From assembly GCA_003550645.1 (NCBI GenBank), contig PUKV01000252.1, forward strand, positions 1 to 49,992: DNA of 49,992 nucleotides, read 5' to 3'. Below, in pieces: positions 28,637-39,419 of the stretch. How positions within the stretch are numbered: the first letter of the stretch is position 1; the number at the start of each line of letters is the position of its first letter. The position numbers and the translations under genes are program-made. This DNA comes from Syntrophomonadaceae bacterium. GTDB lineage: Bacteria > Bacillota > Dethiobacteria > DTU022. A model generated the notes under the pieces. The model did no database searches, had not been told where the DNA came from, and saw only the letters and a program-made list of their open reading frames with translations.

Positions 28637-30028
28637 TTATTTGCCCAGGCAAAATTCATTGAAAATCTTATCAAGTAAGTCTTCGTTAACCGTATCGCCT
28701 GTTATTTCTCCCAGCTTATACCAGGCATATTGCATTTCCAGGCTTACAATTTCCAGGGGCTGTTCCTTAACTGCCTGAATAGCCCTGTCTATATTCTCTA
28801 TTGCCTCACCAATAGCTTCTTCATGCCTGATTGACACCACAACGGGACTTTCACTAACCCATTCTTCCCCAAAGATGTGATCCAGTTCGGCAGTTACTGC
28901 TTCTTCAAGGTCATCTATACCGGCACCATGTACTGCAGATGTTTCAACAACTTTTACACCGGGATACCTGCTTTTTAAAGTATCCGGTTTTAATTTCTTT
29001 TTCAGATCGGTTTTATTAACCACTACAACCAGCCCCTGGCCTTCTTTTCTCATAGCAGCGATCTCTTCGTCCGCATTAGTCCAGTCTGCCGAACCGTCAA
29101 AGACCAGGATGACTAACCGCGCTTTTTCAGCTGCAGATCTGGATAAAAGAATCCCCTGCTTCTCAACCGGATCACAGGTGCCCTGGATGCCGGCGGTGTC
29201 TACCAGCCTGATGGGGTAACCACCCAGGTTCATATAGCCTTCCAGTATGTCCCGCGTTGTTCCGGGCACCTCATGAACTATTGCCCTTTGCTGCTGAAGC
29301 ATCGCATTTAACAATGACGATTTGCCCACATTCGGTTTTCCGATTATTGCTACAGAAACGCCTTCCTGGTAAGCCCTGTTTTTTTCCGCTCCACTAAGCA
29401 TTTTATTTAAGAATCCTTTTAACTCCCGCAACTGCTGTTTCAGTTCACTATAATCATATTCAGCCTCATCAAACTCATCCGGGTAATCAAATGATGCTTC
29501 CAGCGGCGCTCTTAGTGATATAATCTTATCCCTTGCTGTTTCCACATTATTCATCAGTTCACCTTGGAGACCCCTGGCCGCTATTTTTACCGCTTCTTCT
29601 GAACGGGCCCTGATCATATTTAATACTGCTTCAGCCTGGCTCAGATCAATTCTTCCATTCAGGAATGCTCTTTTAGTAAATTCCCCCGGCTCAGCCGTCC
29701 TCGCACCGGTTTCGAAAATCATATTTTGAACAGACCTTAAGGCAAAAATTCCACTATGGCAGTTCACTTCTACAATATCTTCTCTTGTATATGTTTTGGG
29801 GGCGGGCATAAATGAAACCAGCACTTCGTCAATGATATTATCCTGAAAATCTTTTATATGCCCGAAGTAAAGATGGCGAGGTTTTGGATAACCAGGCTCC
29901 TTTTTCCGGGGACAGGCAAATATCCTGTCAACTATTTTGAAGGCATCCGGTCCGCTGAGGCGGACTATACCTATCCCTCCCTCACCCAAAGGTGTGCTGA
30001 TTGCAACTATAGTATCATTTTCCCTCAC
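28637..30028 (-). CDS. mnmE: tRNA modification GTPase MnmE (TrmE)
   Basis: DTIVAISTP, GEFTKRAFLNG, GKPNVGKSS, GTTRD, DTAG and C-terminal FCLGK. GTG start at 30028. Confidence 0.96.
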   Translation of the reverse strand: MRENDTIVAISTPLGEGGIGIVRLSGPDAFKIVDRIFACPRKKEPGYPKPRHLYFGHIKDFQDNIIDEVLVSFMPAPKTYTREDIVEVNCHSGIFALRSVQNMIFETGARTAEPGEFTKRAFLNGRIDLSQAEAVLNMIRARSEEAVKIAARGLQGELMNNVETARDKIISLRAPLEASFDYPDEFDEAEYDYSELKQQLRELKGFLNKMLSGAEKNRAYQEGVSVAIIGKPNVGKSSLLNAMLQQQRAIVHEVPGTTRDILEGYMNLGGYPIRLVDTAGIQGTCDPVEKQGILLSRSAAEKARLVILVFDGSADWTNADEEIAAMRKEGQGLVVVVNKTDLKKKLKPDTLKSRYPGVKVVETSAVHGAGIDDLEEAVTAELDHIFGEEWVSESPVVVSIRHEEAIGEAIENIDRAIQAVKEQPLEIVSLEMQYAWYKLGEITGDTVNEDLLDKIFNEFCLGK

Positions 30029-30058
30029 AAGGATTCCCCCATAAAGCAATTTGCTTCA

Positions 30059-30085
30059 ATAAAAAACCGCCCCGTGACGGGGCGG
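30059..30085 (-). terminator. Intrinsic terminator after jag
   Basis: CCGCCCCG-tca-CGGGGCGG followed by a T6 run on the minus strand. Confidence 0.75.
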
Positions 30086-30100
30086 CGCCTGAAAAAATGT

Positions 30101-30721
30101 TTAACGTGGAACAATGACCACTTTCCGGTAAGGCTCTTCCCCGCTGCTGACCGTAGTTATCCCGGAATAATTCTGCAGGGCCAGGTGGATAACCCGTCTT
30201 TCCTGCGGTGTCATTGGTTCAAGCGCCTTTTCTGTTCCTTCTTCTTTTACTCTTCTGGCAACACTTTTAGCCAGCTGGACCAGGGTTTTTTCTCGCCTCT
30301 CCCTGTAATTTTCCACATCCAGGACAATCATCTTATTAAGCCCCAGAAACTGCCTCCGCAAAATTACGCCAACCAGGTACTGTATATCGCTGAGCGTTTT
30401 TCCCCGCCTGCCGATCAGGCTCCCAACATCTTCTCCATATACTGATACCTTCACTTTTTCTTCATCTTCTTCTACGATCACTTTGCCATCTATATTCATG
30501 TAAGATAGCATATCTTCCACATATTTCTTTACGTAATCTTCCGGCGTCTTTTCCGGCTTTACCAAAACACGCGCATCCTTGCTACCCAGCAAACCCAGCA
30601 ACCCCTGGTTTGGTTCCTCTTTAACTTCAATAACTGCATTATCCTTTTTTATACCAAGAGAAGCAAGGGCTTTATCAACAGCTTCATCGACGGTTTTCCC
30701 TGTTGCTTCAATCTCGCTCAT
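30101..30721 (-). CDS. jag: RNA-binding protein Jag/EloR (KhpB)
   Basis: Jag_N (TGKTVDEAV), KH (LIGRRGKTL) and R3H (ERRVIH). Confidence 0.95.
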   Translation of the reverse strand: MSEIEATGKTVDEAVDKALASLGIKKDNAVIEVKEEPNQGLLGLLGSKDARVLVKPEKTPEDYVKKYVEDMLSYMNIDGKVIVEEDEEKVKVSVYGEDVGSLIGRRGKTLSDIQYLVGVILRRQFLGLNKMIVLDVENYRERREKTLVQLAKSVARRVKEEGTEKALEPMTPQERRVIHLALQNYSGITTVSSGEEPYRKVVIVPR

Positions 30722-31659
30722 TTCTTACCCTTCCCTTTTTTCTTTTTTTTAGTTTTTCCATCCCTGTCCACGGCATTTCCGCCTTCTTTTCCTCCTGCTT
30801 CAGCTTTAATTTCATCCTCTTTATTTGAGCTCACCTTAAAAAAGTCTGCTTCCTTTTCTTTCTTTTCTTTCTTTACTTTCTTTTCTTTCTTTCCCTCGCC
30901 CTTTTCCTTCGATGCTTTTTTGGTTTCTGCTTCATTCTTGATGTCTTCATCTTTAACCCTGGCCTTTATTTCAATATCTTTTCCTTCTTTTTTGCTATCC
31001 AGGTAGTTGATAAATTGATGCTGACCGATTGAGAATAAATTGTTCATAGTCCAGTAGATCACCAGGCCCACCGGGAAGCCGAAGCTGAAAACGGTAATCA
31101 TGGCCGGCATCATATATACCATCATTTTCTGGCTGCTGTCTGCAGGCATTGACATCTTTGAATACAGGAATGTTGTGCCGCCTGCTATTAGAGGAAATAT
31201 ATAATAGATGCTGATCTGGCTGATGAAGTTATCAAACCCGATGTTAGGAACAGCCATCAAGTCAATAAACTCCGCACTCTGAAACAAATACCTGTTTATT
31301 TCTTCCATATTCAAAAAATGATCCGGTTCCCTCAGGATGCGGAAGATGCCAATCAAGATTGGGAATTGAACCAGCAGCGGCAAGCATCCGGCCAGGGGGT
31401 TCATTTTATTTTCCTTCATAAATTCACTCATGGCCTGGTTCTGTTTTTGCTTGTCATCCTTATATTTCTGCTGGATTTTTTTAATTTCAGGCTGGAGCTT
31501 CTGCATTCTTCTCGTGGTCTGGATTTGTTTGTTATTTAATGGAAAAGTAATCAGCTTTACAATCATGGTTAAGATTATAATTGCTGCTCCAAAATTTGGT
31601 ATAAATGCATATATAAAGGTTATGACTTCGCTGAATACTTCAGCTATGGCATCTATCAT
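30718..31659 (-). CDS. yidC: Membrane protein insertase YidC/Oxa1 with long charged C-terminal tail
   Basis: GAAIIILT, MQKLQPEI, NPLAGCLPLLVQFPI and GLVIYW. Confidence 0.94.
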   Translation of the reverse strand: MIDAIAEVFSEVITFIYAFIPNFGAAIIILTMIVKLITFPLNNKQIQTTRRMQKLQPEIKKIQQKYKDDKQKQNQAMSEFMKENKMNPLAGCLPLLVQFPILIGIFRILREPDHFLNMEEINRYLFQSAEFIDLMAVPNIGFDNFISQISIYYIFPLIAGGTTFLYSKMSMPADSSQKMMVYMMPAMITVFSFGFPVGLVIYWTMNNLFSIGQHQFINYLDSKKEGKDIEIKARVKDEDIKNEAETKKASKEKGEGKKEKKVKKEKKEKEADFFKVSSNKEDEIKAEAGGKEGGNAVDRDGKTKKKKKGKGKK

Positions 31660-31682
31660 TAAACGTTCCTCCTTACCAAGGT

Positions 31683-31946
31683 TTATTCTACTGGATGATA
31701 ACCGCCAGGATTAAATGGGTGGCAGCTCAGTATTCTTTTTAAACCCATGAAAAGTCCCTTTAAAAATCCATATTTGCAGACAGCTTCGTAAGTATACTGT
31801 GAACAGGAGGGATAAAATCTGCATACCTGAGGTTTTATAGGAGAAATAAATAGCCTGTAAAACCTGATCAGTGCCAGGCACATTATGGTTACCGGGCGCT
31901 CGGCTGCTTTAAGTGTTTTTTCTGCAGCAATTTTCCTTTCCGGCAT
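31683..31946 (-). CDS. yidD: Membrane protein insertion efficiency factor YidD
   Basis: ISP...[10 protein letters not shown]...[16 protein letters not shown]. Confidence 0.93.
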   Translation of the reverse strand: MPERKIAAEKTLKAAERPVTIMCLALIRFYRLFISPIKPQVCRFYPSCSQYTYEAVCKYGFLKGLFMGLKRILSCHPFNPGGYHPVE

Positions 31947-32242
31947 AGATTAAACAGCTCCTTGCACGCTTCATGAAACGTAACATCTACTGCCGGTTTT
32001 CGTGCGATCAAAATAAAATCATAGCCCTTTTTTAACTGATCTTCTACCTTATAGAAAGCTTCCCTGTAAATTCGCCTGATTCTATTTCTGACAACACTTT
32101 TACCAACTTTTTTACTGATTGAAAACCCTATACGATTAAAATCAATGCCATTTGGGCAGTAATATAGGACGATATTTCTTGATACCACCGTCCTGCCGTT
32201 ACGATACACCCATTTAAATTCCCAGTTTTTTTTAAGCCTCAA
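31889..32242 (-). CDS. rnpA: Ribonuclease P protein component
   Basis: RLKKNWEF and [21 protein letters not shown] (RNR motif). Confidence 0.95.
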   Translation of the reverse strand: MRLKKNWEFKWVYRNGRTVVSRNIVLYYCPNGIDFNRIGFSISKKVGKSVVRNRIRRIYREAFYKVEDQLKKGYDFILIARKPAVDVTFHEACKELFNLCRKGKLLQKKHLKQPSAR

Positions 32243-32259
32243 AGATTACCCTGAACCTT

Positions 32260-32394
32260 TCAAGCACTTAATTGTTTCCTGTTCTTCTTCCTTCTTCTCC
32301 TGATAACCTGCCTACCGGCCTGTGTCCTCATTCTTTTAAGGAAGCCGTGGTTTCTTTTCCGTTTTCTTTTTTTCGGTTGATAAGTTCTTTTCAT
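32260..32394 (-). CDS. rpmH: 50S ribosomal protein L34
   Basis: Below the ORF-track cutoff. Manual translation [44 protein letters not shown]. Confidence 0.97.
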   Translation of the reverse strand: MKRTYQPKKRKRKRNHGFLKRMRTQAGRQVIRRRRKKNRKQLSA

Positions 32395-32435
32395 GATTCA
32401 CAAACCCCTTCTATGTTCATTCTGAATCAAAGGAA

Positions 32436-32465
32436 ATTATACAGTAATTAAAGCAAGGGTGTCAA
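32436..32465 (-). promoter_or_regulatory. Sigma-A promoter of rpmH
   Basis: Minus strand TTGACA-N18-TATAAT. Confidence 0.75.
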
Positions 32466-32519
32466 GCAAACAAAATGCCTTTAAAGCTTACAATTTAGTT
32501 TCTTTAAGCAGTCTTCAAA

Positions 32520-32735
32520 TATGCAGATAACTCAGGCTAAGGATTTACGTTATTTTTTGTTTACAAGGCTTTGCCTTACTAAAACAGCACTTTCCTTGTT
32601 CTTTTACCGGTAGATTTTCTTTGCAGTTGCTGTGGATATCTGTTAATATGTTTTTAAAAAGCAGAGATAATGTTAAATATAATTATAGTTATCCACAGGT
32701 TATGTTGATAACTAGCATTATTGTTAATAACTCGC
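32520..32735. other. oriC part 1: DnaA-box cluster upstream of dnaA
   Basis: Perfect TTATCCACA at 32689-32697; near-boxes TGTGGATAT at 32631, TGTTGATAA at 32703 and TGTTAATAA at 32722; gene-strand switch here. Confidence 0.85.
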
Positions 32736-32766
32736 CAATTTCTTGCTCCTGTAGGAGGGTTTTTTT

Positions 32767-34194
32767 ATGAACAGCCAATTACATGAAACCTGGCAATTAA
32801 TCCTTTCTGAACTGAGCAAGGAATTAAATAAGCCCAGCTTTGAAACCTGGTTCAACCTCTCCAGGCCTGTTTCACTGGAAAACAACCGCCTGGTAGTTGA
32901 AGTCCCCAACGACTTCACCAAGGAATGGTTTGAAACAAGATACCAAACCCAAATAGTTAATGCTTTAAAAGCAATTACCGGTGAAAACTATAGTGTCAAT
33001 TTTATTATTGCAGCCGACCTTGAAGATAAAGATGAATTTGAACTACTCGGTGATTTAAGCCAACCCCGGCAGGTTCTTAAGTCATCTTCGGATGCTCCAC
33101 AGCAGCTTGCCCAGAGCAGTCATAACAATCCCCACGATAGCAATGAAGTTCATTTAAAAAACAAATTCATATCCAGTTTTAACCCCCGCTATACCTTTGA
33201 TACTTTTGTGGTAGGTTCTTGTAACCGCCTCTCTCATGCTGCCTCACAGGCCGTTGCAGAGAGCCCGGCCCGTGCTTATAATCCCCTGTTTATTTACGGA
33301 GGAGTCGGTCTTGGCAAAACACACCTCCTGCATGCCATCGGTCAATACACTCTTATTAAGCATGGTTTCACCCGGGTGTTTTACTTTTCTTCTGAAAAAT
33401 TTACCAATGAGTTCATTAATTCAATCCGTGATAACAAAACCCTCGATTTCAGGAATAAATACCGGAACATGGATATCCTTTTGATTGACGATGTCCAGTT
33501 TTTAGCAGGTAAAGAACAAACCCAGGAAGAGTTTTTCCATACCTTTAATGCTCTCCATGATAACAACCGCCAGATTATTATTTCCAGCGACAGGCCCCCT
33601 AAAGAAATCCCCACCCTTGAAGACCGCCTACGTTCCCGGTTCGAATGGGGCTTAATTACCGATCTTCAACCCCCCGACCTTGAAACCAGGACGGCAATTT
33701 TAAAGAAAAAAGCCCTGTCCGACGGTATCGATATACCGGACCAGGTTATTCAATACATTGCTGAAAAAATTGTTACCAACATTCGTGAACTCGAGGGGGC
33801 TTTAATTCGCATTGTTGCCTATGCTTCACTTTCAGAGTCACCGGTAACCCTCGAATTGACCGAAGCGGCTTTACAGGATATCATCTTCCCCCGCCAGAAA
33901 AATATAACTATCAAAAACGTGATTCAAGCTACTGCAGATGGGTTCAATATCAAACCGGAAGAAATTAAATCGAAGAAAAGAACCCAAAATATTGCCCTCA
34001 CCAGGCAGGTTGCCATGTATCTTTGCCGCATGCTAACAGACCTTTCTCTTCCGAAAATTGGAGAAGAATTCGGCGGCCGGGATCACACCACGGTTTTGCA
34101 TGCGTTTAAAAAAATCGAGGAAATGATTGCCAACGACAGTGATTTTAAACACCGTATTGAATTAATCAAAAATAATATTCTTGATAATTCCTGA
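32767..34194 (+). CDS. dnaA: Chromosomal replication initiator DnaA
   Basis: YNPLFIYGGVGLGKTHL, LLIDDVQF, RLRSRFEWGL and GGRDHTTV. Confidence 0.98.
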   Translation: MNSQLHETWQLILSELSKELNKPSFETWFNLSRPVSLENNRLVVEVPNDFTKEWFETRYQTQIVNALKAITGENYSVNFIIAADLEDKDEFELLGDLSQPRQVLKSSSDAPQQLAQSSHNNPHDSNEVHLKNKFISSFNPRYTFDTFVVGSCNRLSHAASQAVAESPARAYNPLFIYGGVGLGKTHLLHAIGQYTLIKHGFTRVFYFSSEKFTNEFINSIRDNKTLDFRNKYRNMDILLIDDVQFLAGKEQTQEEFFHTFNALHDNNRQIIISSDRPPKEIPTLEDRLRSRFEWGLITDLQPPDLETRTAILKKKALSDGIDIPDQVIQYIAEKIVTNIRELEGALIRIVAYASLSESPVTLELTEAALQDIIFPRQKNITIKNVIQATADGFNIKPEEIKSKKRTQNIALTRQVAMYLCRMLTDLSLPKIGEEFGGRDHTTVLHAFKKIEEMIANDSDFKHRIELIKNNILDNS

Positions 34195-34420
34195 ACAACA
34201 TGTAGATAAGCTGTGTTTATCTAGTGTTCTTTATTTTATCACCATGCTTGACCTGATCTTTGAACAGCATTTTAATAGGTTGTCCACATTTTTTGTGTCG
34301 CCGCTTTTTTATTTTAAGCCTATTTCATTATCCTTTCGGTGTAAATAATATCTTATCAACAGAATACACATCTTTTACTACTGGTACTTGTTTTATATAT
34401 ATGTTTAATTAAAATCTATT
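34195..34420. other. oriC part 2: DnaA boxes, trio-like repeats and AT-rich unwinding element between dnaA and dnaN
   Basis: TGTAGATAA at 34201, TTGTCCACA at 34280, TTATCAACA at 34353 and GAATACACA at 34362, then TACTACTGGTACT and an AT-rich tract. Confidence 0.8.
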
Positions 34421-34464
34421 TGTTAAGAAAAGATGTTAACAATTTTTTGAGGGAGGGTTCTTCT

Positions 34465-35574
34465 ATGCAAATAACAACAAATTCTGGAGAGCTATACAAA
34501 TGCCTTGATACCGTAGAAAAAGCTTTACCGGTCCGTTCTACAGTCCCTATGATAAATAGTATTTTATTTGAGGTTCAACCGGACGCCCTGGTTTTTTCAT
34601 CTACCAACTTAGAAATGGCAATCAGAGTTAGCATCGATTATGCCGGCGATGACACCGGAAAAATACTTTTACCTCCCAAAATTGTAGATATTATGCGATA
34701 CTTTCCGGTTTCTGAGGTCAATTTACATATAAACTGGGATAACTACAGGGTTGATCTTACTGGTGGGACAGCTCACTTTAACCTCAACGGTGCTGATGCT
34801 TATGATTACCCTACCGCCGTATTCGGCCAACCGGATCCCGACAGCGGCTTTTCAATTGGGCAGCAGCGCTTTAAAAAGATTTTAAGGTCGGTTATTTTTG
34901 CCGCTTCTGCTGAAGAAACCCGCCCGGCGTTTAATGGTGTTCTATTTGCTTTCGATGGCCCAAAATTAACTTTAACTGCTTCAGATACATACCGCCTGGT
35001 TGTTAAAGAAATCCAGGACGATAGCTGGTCTTTTGAGGAAAGAAAGTGCCTGGTTCCAGCCCGGGTGATGCGGGAATTTTTGAGAATCGTTGAAGATAGT
35101 GAAAAGGAAGTTTTAATAGGTTTGGATAATAAAACGATTGCCTTCAATTTTGACAGCATTAATTTTACCTCCCGCCTGCTTGAGGAAAAATACCCGGATG
35201 TTAGCGGTGTTATACCAGGTTCATATAAAACCAGGGTTAAGATTGAACGAAAAGGATTTGAAGAGGTGATCAGCAGGGCCGCCTTGCTTGCGGAGGGTAA
35301 GAACCAGGCTGTTAACCTCATTTTAAATAATAACCAGCTGGAAGCAAAAGTTTCCGGGCAGGAAGGAAGTATGGAGGAATTAATACCGGTTGAACAGGAC
35401 GGTGAAAACATAGACCTGCATGTTAACACCCGTTTTGTGCTGGATATTTTAAAAATACTGGAGGAAAAAGAAGTACTGATTGATTTCCATGGAAACGACG
35501 GCCCCCTCATTTTTAGGCTGGTTGATGATCAGAGCTTTCTTTACCTGGTTCTACCGATCAAAAAAATTAACTGA
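34465..35574 (+). CDS. dnaN: DNA polymerase III beta sliding clamp
   Basis: STNLEMAI, ETRPAFNGV, ASDTYRL, SRLLEEKYPD and YLVLPI. ATG at 34465 after GGAGG. Confidence 0.95.
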   Translation: MQITTNSGELYKCLDTVEKALPVRSTVPMINSILFEVQPDALVFSSTNLEMAIRVSIDYAGDDTGKILLPPKIVDIMRYFPVSEVNLHINWDNYRVDLTGGTAHFNLNGADAYDYPTAVFGQPDPDSGFSIGQQRFKKILRSVIFAASAEETRPAFNGVLFAFDGPKLTLTASDTYRLVVKEIQDDSWSFEERKCLVPARVMREFLRIVEDSEKEVLIGLDNKTIAFNFDSINFTSRLLEEKYPDVSGVIPGSYKTRVKIERKGFEEVISRAALLAEGKNQAVNLILNNNQLEAKVSGQEGSMEELIPVEQDGENIDLHVNTRFVLDILKILEEKEVLIDFHGNDGPLIFRLVDDQSFLYLVLPIKKIN

Positions 35575-35595
35575 ATCTTCTGCGGGGGTCTTTAA

Positions 35596-36729
35596 TTGTT
35601 CTACCTTAAGCACATCAACCTGGAAGCATTTAGAAATTACAGGCAACAGTATATTCAATTCCATCCCGGATTGAATATTATTACCGGTGATAATGGCCAG
35701 GGCAAGACCAATCTGCTGGAAGCCATTTTTTTTCTGTCTGTCAATCGTTCCTTTAGAACCAGGAAAGATCAAGAACTGCTCCATTTTGGTGAAAACTGCT
35801 TTAATGTAAAAGGTAGTTTCATCAGGGATGATTTTGACCATGTTGTTCACGTGGGCTACAGGCATAATCAGCGTTTAACAATAAAAGTGAATAATGACCA
35901 GGGCCACCGCTATAATCATATTAAAGATTATCCGGTCATAGTATTTTGTCCAGATGACCTGCAGATTATCAGCGAAGGCCCGTCTATCCGGCGCCGTTTT
36001 TTAAACCTGGAAGCTTCCAGGCTCGATCCCACTTATTTAAAAAATCTAAGGGATTACCAGCGCGTCCTGAACCAGCGCAACCGGATTTTGAAAGATTTTA
36101 AAAACAGAACCTTAATTAACGACTACCTGGTTTCCTGGGATCAGGCATTAGTGTCTCTCGGTGTAAGCTTGATCAGGGTAAGGACGGATCTGGTCAAAGC
36201 GCTGGAAAAAGAGGCCAGGTTATTTTTTGATGCTATGACCGGATCTAAAGAGGAACTGTCCCTGGAATACGCAAGTACAGTTAAAAGATGCCAGGATTCA
36301 AATGAAATGATAGCGCAATTCCACCACGATCTTCAGGAAAAAAGGGAACAAGAAATGAAGCGATGTTCGACATTGCTTGGTCCGCATCTTGATGATATGG
36401 TAATTATGATAAACGGTTACAATACCCGGCATTATTCATCACAGGGGCAAAAAAGGACGGCTGCCCTGGCTTTGAAAATGGGAGAAGCAAGTCTTGTCCA
36501 AAAAAAACAAGATCTATACCCGATTATCCTGTTAGATGACGTTTTTTCTGAATTTGACCAGGCCAGAAAGCAGCACCTGCTAAATTTTATTCGCAAAAAT
36601 GCCGGCCAGTGTTTTATTACTTCTGCCGTTGATTTGGGCGGAATGATTGAAGAATTAAAGCGAAGTTACAAGCAGATTAAGATAAACCGGGGGATAATTG
36701 TTGATGAAGAAGTTAGGGCCGGTGATTGA
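35596..36729 (+). CDS. recF: DNA replication/repair protein RecF
   Basis: GDNGQGKTNLLEAI, GPHLDD, SQGQKRT and LLDDVFSE. Confidence 0.96.
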   Translation: MFYLKHINLEAFRNYRQQYIQFHPGLNIITGDNGQGKTNLLEAIFFLSVNRSFRTRKDQELLHFGENCFNVKGSFIRDDFDHVVHVGYRHNQRLTIKVNNDQGHRYNHIKDYPVIVFCPDDLQIISEGPSIRRRFLNLEASRLDPTYLKNLRDYQRVLNQRNRILKDFKNRTLINDYLVSWDQALVSLGVSLIRVRTDLVKALEKEARLFFDAMTGSKEELSLEYASTVKRCQDSNEMIAQFHHDLQEKREQEMKRCSTLLGPHLDDMVIMINGYNTRHYSSQGQKRTAALALKMGEASLVQKKQDLYPIILLDDVFSEFDQARKQHLLNFIRKNAGQCFITSAVDLGGMIEELKRSYKQIKINRGIIVDEEVRAGD

Positions 36730-37009
36730 AAATATCCTGCGCCGTCATAACCTCTGGCATGGATACCAGCAGTACTTAATTGTTGAGCAGTGGCCTGAAA
36801 TTGTTGGTCCAGATCTGGCTGAAGTTACAAAGGCGGAAAGCATATCCAACGGTTTACTCCGGGTGCTGGTAAAAGATTCAGTATGGGCTTATCACCTTTC
36901 AATGATGAAACCCCGGTTGAAGACAAAAATAAATAACTTTGCCGGTGGAAAAGTAGTAACTGATATATTTTTTCAAATTGGTGACCTTGAAAAGCAGGAA
37001 AAAGAATAA
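36704..37009 (+). CDS. dciA: DUF721 protein, DciA-type helicase loader
   Basis: QWPEIVG..LAEVT..GLLRVLVKDSVWAYHLS..KIN..VTDIFF pattern; located between recF and gyrB. Confidence 0.75.
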   Translation: MKKLGPVIENILRRHNLWHGYQQYLIVEQWPEIVGPDLAEVTKAESISNGLLRVLVKDSVWAYHLSMMKPRLKTKINNFAGGKVVTDIFFQIGDLEKQEKE

Positions 37010-37109
37010 CTATATGTAAATAGTAACAGGTAGCTGATTCAGCCATGGAAAGGGACTCAACCTGAATTATGCCATTTAAATCTACTATTTTCTTACTGGC
37101 GGGAGGATA

Positions 37110-37352
37110 TTGATGTTTTTACACATTGGTAATTCCAAAATAGTGTTTAATGATGATCTGATCGGTATTTTCAACCTTGACCCCATGCCTGCTCAGGTGA
37201 ACAAGCAGTTGATCAAGTCTGCTTCTTTTGAAGCACTGTATGATCATACTAAAAAAGATCATCCCAGGTCTTTTATTGTTACTGAAAATGATATTTATAT
37301 GTCACCTATTTCCCCCCTCACTTTATTCCGACGGCATAATTCTTCCGGATGA
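37110..37352 (+). CDS. remB: DUF370 family protein (RemB/YaaB-like)
   Basis: MFLHIG...LIGIFNL...RSFIVT...YMSPISPLTL; located just before gyrB. Confidence 0.8.
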   Translation: MMFLHIGNSKIVFNDDLIGIFNLDPMPAQVNKQLIKSASFEALYDHTKKDHPRSFIVTENDIYMSPISPLTLFRRHNSSG

Positions 37353-37422
37353 AATAACCCGTAAACTGCTTTCCTGAAACATGTTATAATTACATAGGCG
37401 TAAACAGTTTTTTAATGTTTAA

Positions 37423-39357
<1,935 letters not shown>

Positions 39358-39419
39358 CTGAGCTAAGCTTTAGTAGATTCTATGAAAAAGTAAAATATAA
39401 TAAACGAGGTGAGAATGTT

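Noticed and set aside
34806-35510. 234-aa antisense ORF and the many other overlapping ORFs in the track (e.g. 5719-6360, 15278-15817, 29858-30445, 46684-47250)
   Set aside because: They are shadows of well-supported genes on the opposite strand or in another frame, with no motifs or RBS
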